From: Squalus acanthias
Taxonomy: Eukaryota
Direction of reading: 5' to 3'
DNA: 64,000 bases
Assembly (NCBI GenBank): GCA_030390025.1
Contig: CM059433.1
Location: forward strand, 31,870,001 to 31,934,000
Part shown: positions 48,016 to 60,829 of the stretch, one piece after another
Position numbering within the stretch: the stretch's first letter is position 1
Layout of the letters: every line of letters starts with the position of its first letter
Made by a program: the position numbers and the translations under genes
The notes under the pieces: model-generated
What the model was told of the DNA's origin: nothing
Database searches by the model: none
What the model saw: only the letters and a program-made list of their open reading frames with translations

Positions 48016-48749
48016 TATTAATAAATACACTCGGCTCTCAATGCATAGCAATGTTTGGAGTTTGTGTGCTAGAAGTTGAAGATCCTGCTCTCTGGTACTT
48101 TCATGCACTGTCACACAGCCCTTTAAATGCAAGCGCCTGCTCTAATCAACATCAAATAATCATGTCTGTTTCCAAGGCACAGTTCCTCACTGATTCTCCC
48201 ATTGCCACATCTTTTCCTTGGTTACATTTCCCAATAGGAACTAAACAACCTTGTCGAGCCAGTAATAGTTCTGTGAAGAAAACCACCAAGAGAGACACGT
48301 ATTGGTCTTTATTCACAGATTGCAATTTCTGATAAACATGAAGGAGATTATAAGAATCACTGTTCCCAAGCTGCTTTTTAATCAGGAACAGTTCAAGGGA
48401 ATCAAACATTTTGTGACTATAGCCTTAGGTGACAATAGCATTTTGCATCAGAATCATAATTCAACTGACAATTTTTATGTATTTTTACTCAAAGGATACT
48501 GTGAGTTAAGAAGTGTTCACTAATTCCATTACACGTACTTGTCTAATTTTATTTGATCGCATCTTGCAATGGAACTATGTGGTAGAATCTCCCCATTGGC
48601 TGACTGGGTAAAACAACACCGAGCTGCACAGACCAGGTAAGATCCATGTTTCATCCTTGGTCTTTACAGAGTTAGCTGATATATCCTGGGGTGTTAGTGG
48701 AAGTCTTATTGTTGCGGATGAATGCAGTGCCAGCTTTCTTTTTCTAAAT

Positions 48750-51531
48750 CTTCTTCTTCTTCTTAGGCGGTCCCTCGGAATCGAGGATGACTTGCTTCCA
48801 CACTATAAATGAGTTCGCAGGTGACTGATGAGTCCAATGCAGGACCTACAGTCTCTGTCACAGATGGGGCAGACGGTGGTTGAAGGAGCAGGTGGGTGGG
48901 GTGCTTGGGTTGACGTGCGTTCCTTCCGCTGTTTGCGCTTGGCTTCTGCTTGCTCCCGGCGAAGAGACTCGAGGTGTTCGGCGCCTTCCCGGATGCTTCT
49001 CCTCCACTTTGTGCGGTCTTGGGCCAGGGATTCCCAGGTGTCGGTGGGGATGTTACACTTTTTCAAGGAGGCTTTGAGGGTGTCCTTGAATCATTTCCTC
49101 TGCCCAGCTGGGGCTCTCTTGCCGTGTCGGAGCTCCGAGTAGAGCGCTTGTTTTGGGAGTCTCGTATCGGGCATGCAGACGATGTGACCCGCCCAATGGA
49201 GCTGATCGAGCATGGTCAAAGCTTCGATGCTGGGGATGTTGGCCTCAGCGAGAACACTGACGTTGGTGCGCCTATCCTGCCAATGGATTTGCAGGATCTT
49301 GCGGAGGCAGCATTGGTGGTACCTCCCCAGTGCTTTGAGGTGCGTGCTGTACATGGTCCATGTCTCTGAAGCATACAGGAGGGCGGGTATCACTACTGCT
49401 CTGTAGACCATGAGCTTGGTGCTGAGTTTGAGGTCCTGGTCTTCAAACACTCTCTTCCTCAGGCGACCGAAGGCTGCACTGGCACACTGAAGGTGGTGTT
49501 GGACTTCGTCATCGACGTCTGCCCTTGTTGACAGTAGGCTCCCGAGGTATGGAAAGTGGTCCACGTTAACCAAGGCCCTGTCATGGATTTGGATAATTGG
49601 GGAGCAGTACTGTGTGGCGCGGGCAGGTTGGTAGAGGACTTTTGTCTTATGGATGTTTAGTGTAAGGCCCATGCTCTCGTATGCTTCGGTGAAGGTGTTG
49701 ACGATAGTTTGGAGTTCGGCCTCAGTGTGTGCACAGACGCAAGCATCGTCTGCATACTGTAATTCGATGACAGAGGATGGGACAACCTTGGATCTGGACT
49801 GGAGGCGACGGAGGTTGAACAGTTTCCCGTTTGTTCTGTAGATTAGCTCAACTCCAGCGGGGAGTTACTGAGGGTGAGATGGAGCATTGCAGCCAAGAAG
49901 ATCTAGAAGAGCATTAGTGCGATGACACAGCCTTGCTTGACCCCGGTCCATATGTGAATTGGGTCTGTGGTGGATCCGTTGGTCAGGATCACGACTTGCA
50001 TGTCGTCATGAAGCAGGCGGAGGATGGTGACAAACATTTGAGGGCAGCCGAATTGGAGGAGGACACTCCATAATCCCTCACAGTTGACGGTGTCGAAGGT
50101 CTTTGTGAGGTCAAAGAAGGCCATGTACAGCGGTTGGTGCTGTTCCCTGCATTTCTCTTGTTGTTGACGCGCGGTGAAGATCATGTCCATTGTGCCGCTT
50201 AGTGGACGGAATCCGCATTGCGACTCTGGGCGGAGCTCTTCAGCCACTGGGAGAAGGCGATTGAGGAGGATTCTTGTGATGACTTTCCCTGTGGCAGACA
50301 GCAGGGAGACTCCTCTGTAACTACCGCAATCGGACTTGTCACCTTTCTTGAAGATGGTCACGATTACAGCGTCTCTGAGATCCCCTGGCATGCTCTCCTC
50401 CTTCCAGATAAGAGAAATGAGTTCATGTATTCGCACCAATAGTGCTTCTCCGCCATGTTTTAGCGCCTCGGCGGGGATTCCATCTGCTTCTGAGGCCTTG
50501 TTGTTCTTCAGTTGTCGGATGGCCTTTTCAAACTCATGCCGGGCTGGGGTTGTGCTGAGGTGGTGGCGGATAGCATGCTGCGGGATGGAGTTGAGGACAC
50601 TCGCATCGAAGACAGTCTCGGTTAAGGAGATCTTCGAAGTGCTCCTTCCAGCGGGCACTGACTGCCTCTCTGTCCTTGATGAGTACCTCTCCGTTCTTGG
50701 CCCACAGTGGGGTAGGACCTTGGGTGCTTGGGCCGTAGGTGGTCTTGACTGCGCTAAAGAATCCACACATGTCGTGGTTCTCGGCTAGCTGCTGGATCTC
50801 CTGCACTTTCTTTCACCCACCATCTGTTCTTTAGGTCGCGAGTTTTTTGTTGGACCTTGGCCTTCAGGCGTCTGTAGAGCTGCTTTCTTGCTCTCGAGTT
50901 CTGTTGCTGTTTCCAGATCAGGAATGCCTTGCGCTTGCGGCTTATTAGCTCCTGGATTTCCTGGTCGTTCTCGTCGAACCAGTCTTGGTGTTTCCTGGTC
51001 GAGTGACCGAGCGTCTCTTCACAGGTGCTGATTATGGAGGCCTTGAGTACAGACCAGGCGCTGTGGACACTCTGTGTCTCTGAGTCACTTGGAGTCTTCA
51101 GATTGGTTGTGAGGCGCAGGCTGAATAGGGCTTTCTTAGCGGGGTCTTTGAGTGCTCCAGCGTTGATTTTCCTGCATTGCTTCTGTTGCCGCTGCTGTTT
51201 TAGGCTATGTTGATGGAGATGACAGAGCGGATTAGGCGGTGGTCTGTCCAGCTGTCATCAGCTCCTGTCATGGCGCGGGTGATGTGGATGTCCTTGCGGT
51301 CCCTCGCTCGGACGATGACGTAGTCTAGCAGATGCCAGTGCTTGGAGCGAGGGTGTTGCCATGAAGCCTTGTACTTGGCTCTCTGACTGAACAAGGTGGT
51401 GGTTATGACAAGGCCATGTTCTCACCATTTCTCACCATTTCGTCAGGAGGAGGGTACCGTTGGATTTGGCTTTTCCTACCCCCTCTCTGCCGATCGCACC
51501 TCCACAGACGTCTGTGTCCTTTCCAACTCTG
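48750..51531 (-). mobile_element. RTE-clade LINE, 5'-truncated within the endonuclease domain
   Basis: ORF pieces 48803-51394 (WQHPRSKHWHLLDY, TDH, QCGFR, FFDL.K.FD, GVKQGC, YADD); (AAG)n tail; candidate 7-bp TSD TCTAAAT at 48743-48749 and 51532-51538; same family as 384-1758. Confidence 0.95.
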
Positions 51532-52009
51532 TCTAAATGCTTTTTTGTTGACTGTCCATCTCAGCAGTTTAAGAGCTAACAACCCCAATCTGATAGGAGT
51601 GTAATTGTCCTACTTCACTGGACACTCGATTAATCGGGAGATTGCTTGCTCTATAAACTATTCTGTGGAACGCACAATAAGTGCTTACTTTTCCACTAGT
51701 AGATACTATGGCTGCGAGTTCCCCTACCTCGGTGGGTCTGGGGCAGCCAGGGCCAGGGTCGGTGACGGGTCCTGACCCCACTGCTGGCTCCAGCCCGCTC
51801 TGTTGAAGTGATTGTACGATGATTATGCTTGTTAAGCCCGCCCTGTGAGGTTCCTGGCCAATTAAAAGGAAGCAGGTCTGATGACATCAGTTGATGACGT
51901 GGCATCAGCAGGTTTCCTTAAAGGGGCCATGTGCAAATTTACTTTGACATTTGTGCTGTCAGTGTTCCACAGCATTGAGATGCTGCAAACACTGACAAGC
52001 ACTGCACAG

Positions 52010-52225
52010 AGGTGCACGGCTGCACCCAGGCTCTCCCATGACTCCCTCCATATGCTTACGGAGGGAGTCACAGCACGCAGGGAGATTCTCTTACCTTCCA
52101 ATGGGCGTAAGAGACCTCCCCAGGAGACCAACGCAGCCCGGTTGCACATTGCACAGGAGGGCACAAGCAGGGATGTCATCAGGAGGACCAGGCTGCAGTG
52201 GCACGAACCTTTCAATGATCTCAGT
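52010..52225 (+). pseudogene. decayed Harbinger Myb/SANT exon 1 (third lineage)
   Basis: APRLSHDSLHMLTEGVTARREILLP...RRTRLQWHEPFNDL aligns by eye with 43143-43385; followed by a C-rich intron-like tract. Confidence 0.7.
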
Positions 52226-52545
52226 TGATCACGAAACGTTACTGCAAAGCCACACTCAACCTCATCCTGCTGTGCATCTCATCATATCCCCATCACTCTG
52301 CCTTCCCTACCCTACTCCTGCACATCCTTACTCACACCAACCTACCTTGCACCTCCACCCATCCCTCTCTATCTACATTATCACTTCCCCATCTCATTAG
52401 CCACCCCTCACACTCACCCTCATCCTAGTACAAGCATACCAACTAACAACACATAAGGGTAGGCACTTGGGTGTTTTCGCCAATGTTCATGTAAAGTTTC
52501 TATTAATGTGTTGTCAAAAGTTGAAATCTTTATTTTCAACACTTC

Positions 52546-52790
52546 GGGGGCAAAATTCGGTTGCTTTCCGCCTTCCGTTAGCGCCCTAACGGGGCGCAAC
52601 GCAACTAGTGCCCGGGCGCGTCACCGCTAACGCCTCCTGTGAAATTCAGCGGGAGGTTAGCGGCGGCGGTAACCGGTATCACCCTGCGGCGCTGCACCTC
52701 CACCAATGAAGTCATCGCCATGCGCAGCGCCCCGCTCGCGCCCTGGCTCGAACTTCGGTAGCGCCCCCTGACTTTCCCCCTGACTTACAC
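52546..52790. mobile_element. Harbinger terminal fragment
   Basis: GGGGCAAAATTCGGTTG start; CpG-rich subterminal sequence similar to 62958-63180 (gcgcaa.gcaacta.tgcccg.gcgc). Confidence 0.65.
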
Positions 52791-53479
52791 CAAACCCCCG
52801 GGGAGATGAACCCTTAGCAGAAGATGAACCCTTCGGAGCTGGTCTGTAGCTGCCTGCTTGGCAGATGTTAGATTGAATGTGGGTGAGCTTATATATTTTA
52901 TGGCTATATTTCTGTTGTGTACGTAAATGCTCTGTTATGTATTGCTTTTGCTGATCTAAGCCACCTATAGTGAGATTTGTGTATGTGGAGAAATCTGAGG
53001 CTAAACAAACAACAAATTCTTTAAAATAATCTGTTTATTCGTGTGATGAACCGTACTCGAGCTTAAGGTACGACTCCCCTCTCCCTGGCTAGTGCACTGC
53101 AGTCTGGTTCGCCAGAGATAGCGGACAGTAGGGAGGTACTTGAGATAGAAGTTCTCAGTTCCTGACCCTATCCATCGTGACATTATAATTAGCTGTACTG
53201 CCTCTGGACTTGACTTCCCACTCCTCATTGCTCTCCAGTGACCCATGTGGACACTGGGCGCAGATAGGATTGGGCTTGGCTATAAAATCAATGTGCATGG
53301 CAACCTACAATGTTTCAAACATTTTTGGGCCTGTGTGCACTCATCAGTGTATGCTGCTGAAATTCAGTACGGTATTTAAACTTCTCCTGTTGTCTGACCA
53401 TTCTCCATTGGTCATCTTAGATGACTTTGAAAATGTCTCATATGCATCCAAGGAACTTGTGCCCATGGGCAATCAGATG

Positions 53480-53572
53480 AAAGAAAGAAAAACTTGCATT
53501 TCTATAGCGCCTTTCACAACCTCAGGATGTCCCAAAACACTGTACAGCCAATGAAGCGTAGTCACTGTTGCA
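53480..53572 (-). mobile_element. DeuSINE tail fragment
   Basis: aacttgcattt.tatagcgcctttcac...cagccaatgaag. Confidence 0.75.
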
Positions 53573-54127
53573 TGTCGGAAATTACTTCCTCTCTGGCTTC
53601 TGACCAGGCAGAATAGCCTGTGACCAGATTCGTCTTTTCAGGGGAGGTCAACTCTAGTTGCGCTCATGCAAGACCAAACTCTTATTTAGCTTCGGCAAAA
53701 GTACACTTTGAAAGCAATTCATCGATAATTTTACAAAAATTGAATTTGGGCATCTGGAGTGATGTCCAAGAAGTACTGTCACCTCATTTACTTTGAAGTC
53801 TTCATTCACTCCAATTAAATTTTATTGTGATAGCCACACACGAATGGGAAAAGCACAATATGTTTGTGCTTTGGTAATGTGACATGTGAAGCGCACCTGT
53901 GTACTACACGATGGAGCGGTGGGATGGGTACAGGCATTTCGGCCTAGACTTCCACACAGGGAGTTGCTGACCGTGGCTAGATCATTGTGGGTGAGGGGCA
54001 CTATGGAGAAACAAGGCAATTTCCTGGTGGGGGAGGAAAAGAAAATTAGGTGATCATTATAGGTGCTAGACATTTATTTGCAATGTGTTTTCGCATGTTC
54101 TTCTCCAACTATCATGTTGGCAACACC

Positions 54128-54550
54128 ACGGTGGCAGCGTGGCTGAGTGGGTAGCACACGCGCATCTGAGTCAGAAGTTTGTGGGTTCTAGTCCCACTCC
54201 AGAGACCTGAGCACAAATTCCAGGCCGACACTCCCAATGCAGTACTGAGGGACTGCTGCACTGTCGAGGCATTAAACTGAGGCCCCGTCTATTCTCAAGG
54301 TGGACATAAAAGAGTTCCTGGTACTATTTGAAGAAAATCAGGGGAGTTCTCCCTGGTGTCTTGGCCAACATTTATCCCTCAACCAACATCACTAAAACAG
54401 ATTATCTGGTCATTATCACATTGCTGTTCATGGATCTTGCTGTGCGCAAATTGGCTGCCACGTTTCCTACATTATAACAGTGACTACACTTCAAGAGTAC
54501 TTCATTGCCTGTAAAGTGCTTTGGGATGTCCTGAGTGTATGAAAGGCTGA
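54128..54550 (+). mobile_element. DeuSINE, near full length
   Basis: A-box tggctgagtggg, B-box-like gttctagtcc, core and partial tail. Confidence 0.87.
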
Positions 54551-55514
54551 TATTTAGAGATATTTAGTAGACGAGAATCATATACATATAAATTCAAGTG
54601 TAGCCATTGACCAAATAATATTACCCATAATTACTCCTGGGTAACTAAAAAGCTAAGACTTGTTCAAAATGCAGCTGCAAAGACAGTCAAAAGCAGTTTT
54701 GATAACAAACAGCCACAGGCTGCGAGTGAAGGTTAAATTGCTAAAAAAAAACATATTATGATGCTAAGTAGAAATTAGAATTCACTTACCCAAACTAACT
54801 GCAATATTTAAAGGATAATTAGTATAAGGACATAAAATGAGAGAGATCGTGGAAGTTAAGGTATTTATCTGGTAGATTAAAGTGAGATAGTCTGGATACC
54901 TCAAGACTAGTGAAACAGCGCTGATATGGGCCCTTGGTATAAAGGCCTTGTACCAGGGAGGCAGGAAATGAAAAAGATATGGTAAATTCCAATGGGGTGA
55001 AAAACTATAAACAAGATAACAAGACAACGGAGCAGAGTTAGTGGAAATGTACTGGAAAAGGAGTGGCCTGGTTACTAGCCTTAACCTGAGTGACAATGGT
55101 ATTTTGATCATTAGAACCAATTAAAGAAGGTGATTTTGTTAAGACCATATATGGACATTGGCCAAACGAACTTTTGATAAGAAAAGGGTTGAAACCTCGA
55201 TACTCAAAGAACAACTTTACACAGACATACTGCGAGAACAAAGGAACAGACTTAAGACGACGTCATCTGTGTCCGAGAGGTTCCAGAGACCAAGGGCTGT
55301 GAGCTACTCGTTAAAACTATCGCCTAATGTTAAGTATTAATTACGCTGTAAGCTTAATAACTCTGATCTATTGCTCAAACACACAGGCTGCTGCCTATTG
55401 GTGTCTTGTCCAAGAACTCAGAGGTCTTTAAGATCTTACACTTGTAAAAGATCTTATAAAAGGTGCTATATGAATGAATGCAAGTTCTTTTTTTCTTTCA
55501 TATTAATTAATAAC

Positions 55515-55905
55515 TAAGGCCTAACCAGTGATTTATAAAGTTCCCATTGCTTTTTTAACCACCGTATTACTTGCCCTGCCATCTTTAAGGATTTGTGTAT
55601 ATGGACACCAAGGTCTCTCTGCTCATCTACACTTTTCAAAATCGTGCCATTTATAGTATGCTGTCTTTCCATATTAGTCCTCCTAAAGTGCATCTTCACA
55701 CTTCTCCAGATTGAATGCCATCTGTCATGCTTGTGCCCATTTCACCATCCTGTCTATGTCGTCCTGAAGTCTACAACTATTCTCATCACTATCTACTACT
55801 TTGCCAAGATTCATATCATCTGCAAACTCTATAATGCTGCTCTCTGCACCCAAGTCTAGGTTGTTTATAAAAATTAAAAAGAGTAATGGCCCCAAAAGCA
55901 TTAGC
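55515..55905 (-). mobile_element. decayed CR1 RT fragment
   Basis: LGPLLFLIFINNLD...FADD; QRDLGVHIHKSLK. Confidence 0.8.
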
Positions 55906-55994
55906 AGAGCCACTAACGCATTTAAATTAAATTAAATGAAACAGGTTAACACTTCCATTTAAATAGCAGGCAGAGGAAAATCACATGAATGCAT

Positions 55995-56205
55995 GTTATG
56001 ACCTGGAATGCACAGCCTGAAAGGGCGGTGGAAGCAGATGCAATAGCAACTCTCAAAAGGGAATTAGATATATACTTAAAACGGGAAATTTTGCAGGGCT
56101 ATGGGGAAAGAGCAGCGGAGTGGGACTAATTGGATAGCTCTTTCAAAGAGCCGGCACAGGTACGATGGGCCAAATGGCCTCCTTCTGTGCTGTATCATTC
56201 TATGA
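55995..56205 (+). mobile_element. CR1 3' end (HER1-like tail)
   Basis: matches the reverse complement of 20598-20800; ends cattctatga. Confidence 0.8.
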
Positions 56206-57559
56206 TAAAGCATTTAATCTTTTGTCCGCTAATGGCACCAAGAACAGTTTCTAGTCTACAGCGGGAGATACCAATAACCATTACGAGCACTAGAGTTCGA
56301 GCCGCTGACAGTAGCCACCAAAACTATTTAGCAGGAATTAAAATCAGTTTAAGCTGCCATTGTCCTCTTGGAGGGTGATGACGGCAAATATATGGGGAAA
56401 TGGACGATCAACACTCCCTGCTCAGAATCCTGGCCAAGAGGAAGGGTGATAGCTTCTTTCATTGCTCCTGCAAGGTGGATTAAAAGTATATCCAGTGATA
56501 ACACTATGGTGTTTGGAGGATTCTCTTTAGTGTGAGGATATTTGTTAATCACAGTGGTCTGTTGGAAAGAAAATGGATGGAATATCTATTGCCTCTCAAG
56601 AACCCTAACAAACTTCCAATGCTTAGATAGCCAAAACAGGTTTCATTGTCATAGATGCAATGCTGTGGTATAGATAGAGGGATAACAATATCCCTCTATC
56701 ATTTTTTGAAATGTCTCAATGCTTTTTTTTTTCAGGCCCATTTGGACTGAGTTTCCTGTTCCTGGGGTTTGGATCTGTTGGATTGCTCAGAGTAGAGCAT
56801 GGAAGAAATTCAGGTAGAGGAGGCTGGCACATCTGTAAGGCAGTCTGCCTGAATCTCCTTTATAAGCTTGTGATCCTTCCCCCCCCACCGCCCCCCTGAA
56901 TTTCCTCCATGCGCTGTGCCCAGGTGACCCTTCCAGGCAGAGGAACAAGAGGCTCTGCCCCACTGTATCGCCCTAAAAACTAGACAAAACATTTTTTTGC
57001 CATCCACTATCTCCCACACAAATACTTTCAGCTTAAGTAAATGTGACTAATATTTCTGTCTTGCTAAGGCAGAAATTAGAGATAAAAAGGCCACACGATT
57101 GAAAAATGTGTTGGAAGTCCATAATCAGTTCAAAGCACTATAGAGATAAGATGGGAGATAATTATGCTATTAAAGGGAGTGTGGTTGTCATGGCAAGTTT
57201 CTTTGGCAAACCCTGTTACATTTGTTTACAAACGAGATGAAATGACAGCAAATCACTGTGTAACTTGAGTATAATGTCATTCTGACAAAAATATGACACA
57301 ACTATGACAGCTCTTCTCCCCCGCCCCCAAAGAACAAATTTGACCAGTTTTTTTTCAGTGAATAAGTTGAGGGAAATATACAATTGCCCCCAGTTGAAAT
57401 CAGAAGACTTTTGACAGAATTTGTTAACAGTATTCAAAGAAGAAGTTACAGAGAATTGAACGGTTTGGATGAAACAGCGGATGAGAATTGAGAATTCCAT
57501 TGTATTAAAACATTCCTCATATCATTCTATGGATTTGTGGCTCATCAAGGTGCACAGCT

Positions 57560-58075
57560 ACAACAACAACTTGTATTTATATAGCGCCTTTAAAGTAGTA
57601 AATCATCCCAAGGCGCTGCACAGGAGTATTTTAAGACAAAAAATTTGACACCGATCCACATAAGGATAAATTAGGGCAGATGACCAAAAGCTTGGTCAAA
57701 GAGGTAGGTTTTAAGGAGCGTCTTAAAGGAGGAAAGAGAGGTAGCGAGGTGGACAGGTTTAGGCAGGGAATTCGAGAGCTTAGGGCCTAGGCAACAGAAG
57801 GCACGGCCACCAAAGGTTGAGCGATTATAATCAGGGATGCTCAAGAGGGCAGAATTAGAGGAGCGCAGATATCTCAGGGGGTTGTGGGGCTGAAGGAGAT
57901 TACAGAGATAGGAAGGGACAAAGCCATGGGGGGATTTGAAAACAAGGATGAGAATTTTGAAATTGAAGTGCTGCTTAACCGGGAGCCAATGTCGGTCAGC
58001 GAGCACAGGGGTGATGGGCGAACGGGACTTGGTGCGAGTCAGGACATGGGCAGCCGTGCTTTGGATGACCGCAAG
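57560..58075 (-). mobile_element. L2-clade LINE 3' fragment, best-preserved copy
   Basis: ORF 57671-58006 HWLPV...FKILILVFK...GGRAF...SFKTLLKTYLF (typical L2 C-terminus); (TTG)n tail. Confidence 0.9.
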
Positions 58076-58205
58076 TTTAGAGGTAACAAAGACATGGATG
58101 AGCTCAAGGGGAAACTGTCACCCTGCACACAACAATGATCAAGTTACACCTACCCTACATTATTCTGTGAGCCTAACCTTACTGAGCACAAACTGGCTGC
58201 ACCAT

Positions 58206-58582
58206 AAAGAAAGACTTGCATTTATGAAGCACCTTTCATGACCACCGGACGTCCCAAAGCGCTTTACAGCCAATGAAGTACTTTTGAAGTGTAGTCACTG
58301 TTTTAATGTAGGAAATGGGGCAGCCAATTTCCACACAGCAAGCTCCCACAAACAGCAATGTGATAATGACCAGATAATCTGTTTTTTAGTCATGTTGATT
58401 GAGGGATAAATATTGGCCAAGACACCGGGCAGAACTCCCCTGCTCTTCTTTGAAATAGTGCCATAGGATCTTTTACGTCTACCTGAGAGAGTAGACAGAG
58501 CCTCGGTTTAACGTCTCATCCGAAAGACGGCACTTTGACAGTGTAGCACGCCCTCAGTACTGCACTGGAGTGTCAGCCTAGA
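58206..58582 (-). mobile_element. DeuSINE lacking the tRNA head
   Basis: reverse complement of core and tail. Confidence 0.87.
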
Positions 58583-59051
58583 CTAAAACAGTTTCAGAAA
58601 ACATCGACTAAAAGGTCATTGGCCTATCCAATCCATTTCTTCCACAAACGATGTACTATCAGAGGACCACATCCCAACAATTTAATCTCTTGTGGAAGGG
58701 TTCTGTAAACTTGCTCTCTGTCCTCAAATATAAATCAAACCAAACTCTACAATACTCATCTAATGTGACACGCTATATTACACAAGCTAGTCCTGTAATC
58801 TCCTTTTGAATGACATCTCCACATTCACATGTGCGCAGGTACCAACGGCTTGAATTAGTATTTCAATTATCTCTATCTGCACTTATTCTTAAGAACTTTA
58901 ATCCTCTTCCTAACCAGATATTCATCCAGCTCTTTTTGAAGTTCTTAATCATATTAACTGCTTTACTCAGAAATCTATTTCACATTTCCACAACTCTGTG
59001 GAAGTAAGAGTGTTGATATCTTTCTAAAGCCATGAAAAAAAATGACTTCTT

Positions 59052-59752
59052 GGCCCAGAATTTGCTGGAGCAGAGCAGCTTGCACCGTGCCCCTTTAGTT
59101 AGACTTTTTCACGCACCATTCAGCTCAAAAATGATTTGCCCTGTAACTTGCTGGAAGTGCGCACTGGTAATGGCGCCGGCAATGGGACATCTGGGACCTT
59201 GGTGAACAACGGGACCAACAATTTCCTCAACCAATAAGATTGGAGGATAGAGAAAGCAACAGAGGAATGACAGAGAAGGAAATAGAATGAATTAAAGTCA
59301 AATCAAAATGAGAAATAGAGAGAAAGAAAGATTGGATTAAGAGAGAGAGAAAGGAAAAGAAAGAACTTTTTTGAAAATGTTACATTTTAAATTTGAAAAA
59401 TCTCTAACAACAATTTATTACCTGTAGGAATGAAATTCCACAGTTTAAATTGTTCCATTTCTGGGCTGGATGGGCTGATTGGCATTGCAAAAACATAAAT
59501 CTCCTCATTATAAAGGTACTTATGCTGTTGATTACCAGCCCTAACTTTCTGCGATGAGTCAATTTGGAATTAATGTGCAATTGAAGCAACTTCACGAGGC
59601 TAACGGTGCAGCGGCACAAATCATCCAGCAACTTGTGGCGATTCACAATTCAGGGGTATCTCTTCCTCGCCACAAGTTGACGGATGATTTGCACATTAAA
59701 TAATGGTGAGCTTTGTTAAACTTGCCGTTATTTTGGCAGCAAATTCCGGACC
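59052..59752. mobile_element. Harbinger-like MITE, about 700 bp
   Basis: TIR GGCCCAGAATTTGCTG versus reverse complement GGTCCGGAATTTGCTG (14/16); flanks CTT/CAT. Confidence 0.75.
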
Positions 59753-60829
59753 CATGTGTTGTTCCCATGGTTGAGACTGCAACGACCATTTTAATTGGTT
59801 GCTTTAGATCAGAAGTGTCAAAACTGGGTCCGTTTGGCTCATGTGCCTCCAGGCATTCTAGTCCTTGAAGCCTGGACAACTCAAACATTTGTTTCTTATT
59901 GTCCTTTTTGCAATGTGTGGCCTGGAGGTTTGGAAAGGGACATTCTTAGCACTGTTTCCTCATTGGTAGATTAATCCTAAATCAGAGCGCCAAGGTTCAT
60001 TAACAGAAGAAACTGGAGATTTTGGCAAATTGAGGGGAACATGGATTTAAACTTTATATTTGACCCCTGACCCACCCATGTGGTTCTCGAAGACAAAAAG
60101 GTTGAACAACTCCTGCTTTAGATTTTCTGTTCATTGGTTTCAATGTGATAGGGGCGTGTTGTTTAATCCAGGGGTTAAGCTATTAGATCGTAAACAGTGA
60201 GCATGTGTTTTTTATAATATATATGGAACAAAAATCATCTGTGAAAATTCTAAGTCATGATTGAGGGCCATGGATTCATGGTCACTGATTTTCTTCCGCC
60301 TTTTGCCTGAGCATTAGTTAGGCTGAACAGGCCTGAAGTGACTCTTTTCCTCTCCTGTGCAAGGCTGGAAATCCTGTGTGGCCTTAAAACAGTGATGGCT
60401 GCCAGTTATGGGGCTTTCTGGCTGCTGCTTTTGGACAGCGGGCCTCTAGCCTTGAGGATCCATTGGTGCCACTTAACTCGTTTAGTATACGCTTTAACTG
60501 GCAAACAAATCAATTGAGCAGTAAGGAAGGTTGAGACGCAAGTCCCGATACCAATTTCTTCTGGATGCCTCTTGTGTAGGCCTGCCTTGTTTTATTAGCA
60601 TAGCTGATTCATGCTTGCATCTGTTCCCCCTTCCCCTCCACCCCATCCCTTCAGCAATTACCATGAAATCCTGGGCAATGTAAAGGAGGTGGAGGCCCAG
60701 CATTTTGGATCTAACCACTTTCCCCTCTTCTTTGCCCTTGGGAACCGAGCATTCCCAAGTGCAGAAGTGTAGAAAATCGTCCCTAATTGTCAAATTCCAT
60801 TTTCATTACGCAAGATTTTTACTGGCATT

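Noticed and set aside
53161..53241. IHRDI kinase-like motif
   Set aside because: Bounded by nearby stops, lacks the following K..N, has no good splice sites, and lies in probable old repeat sequence.
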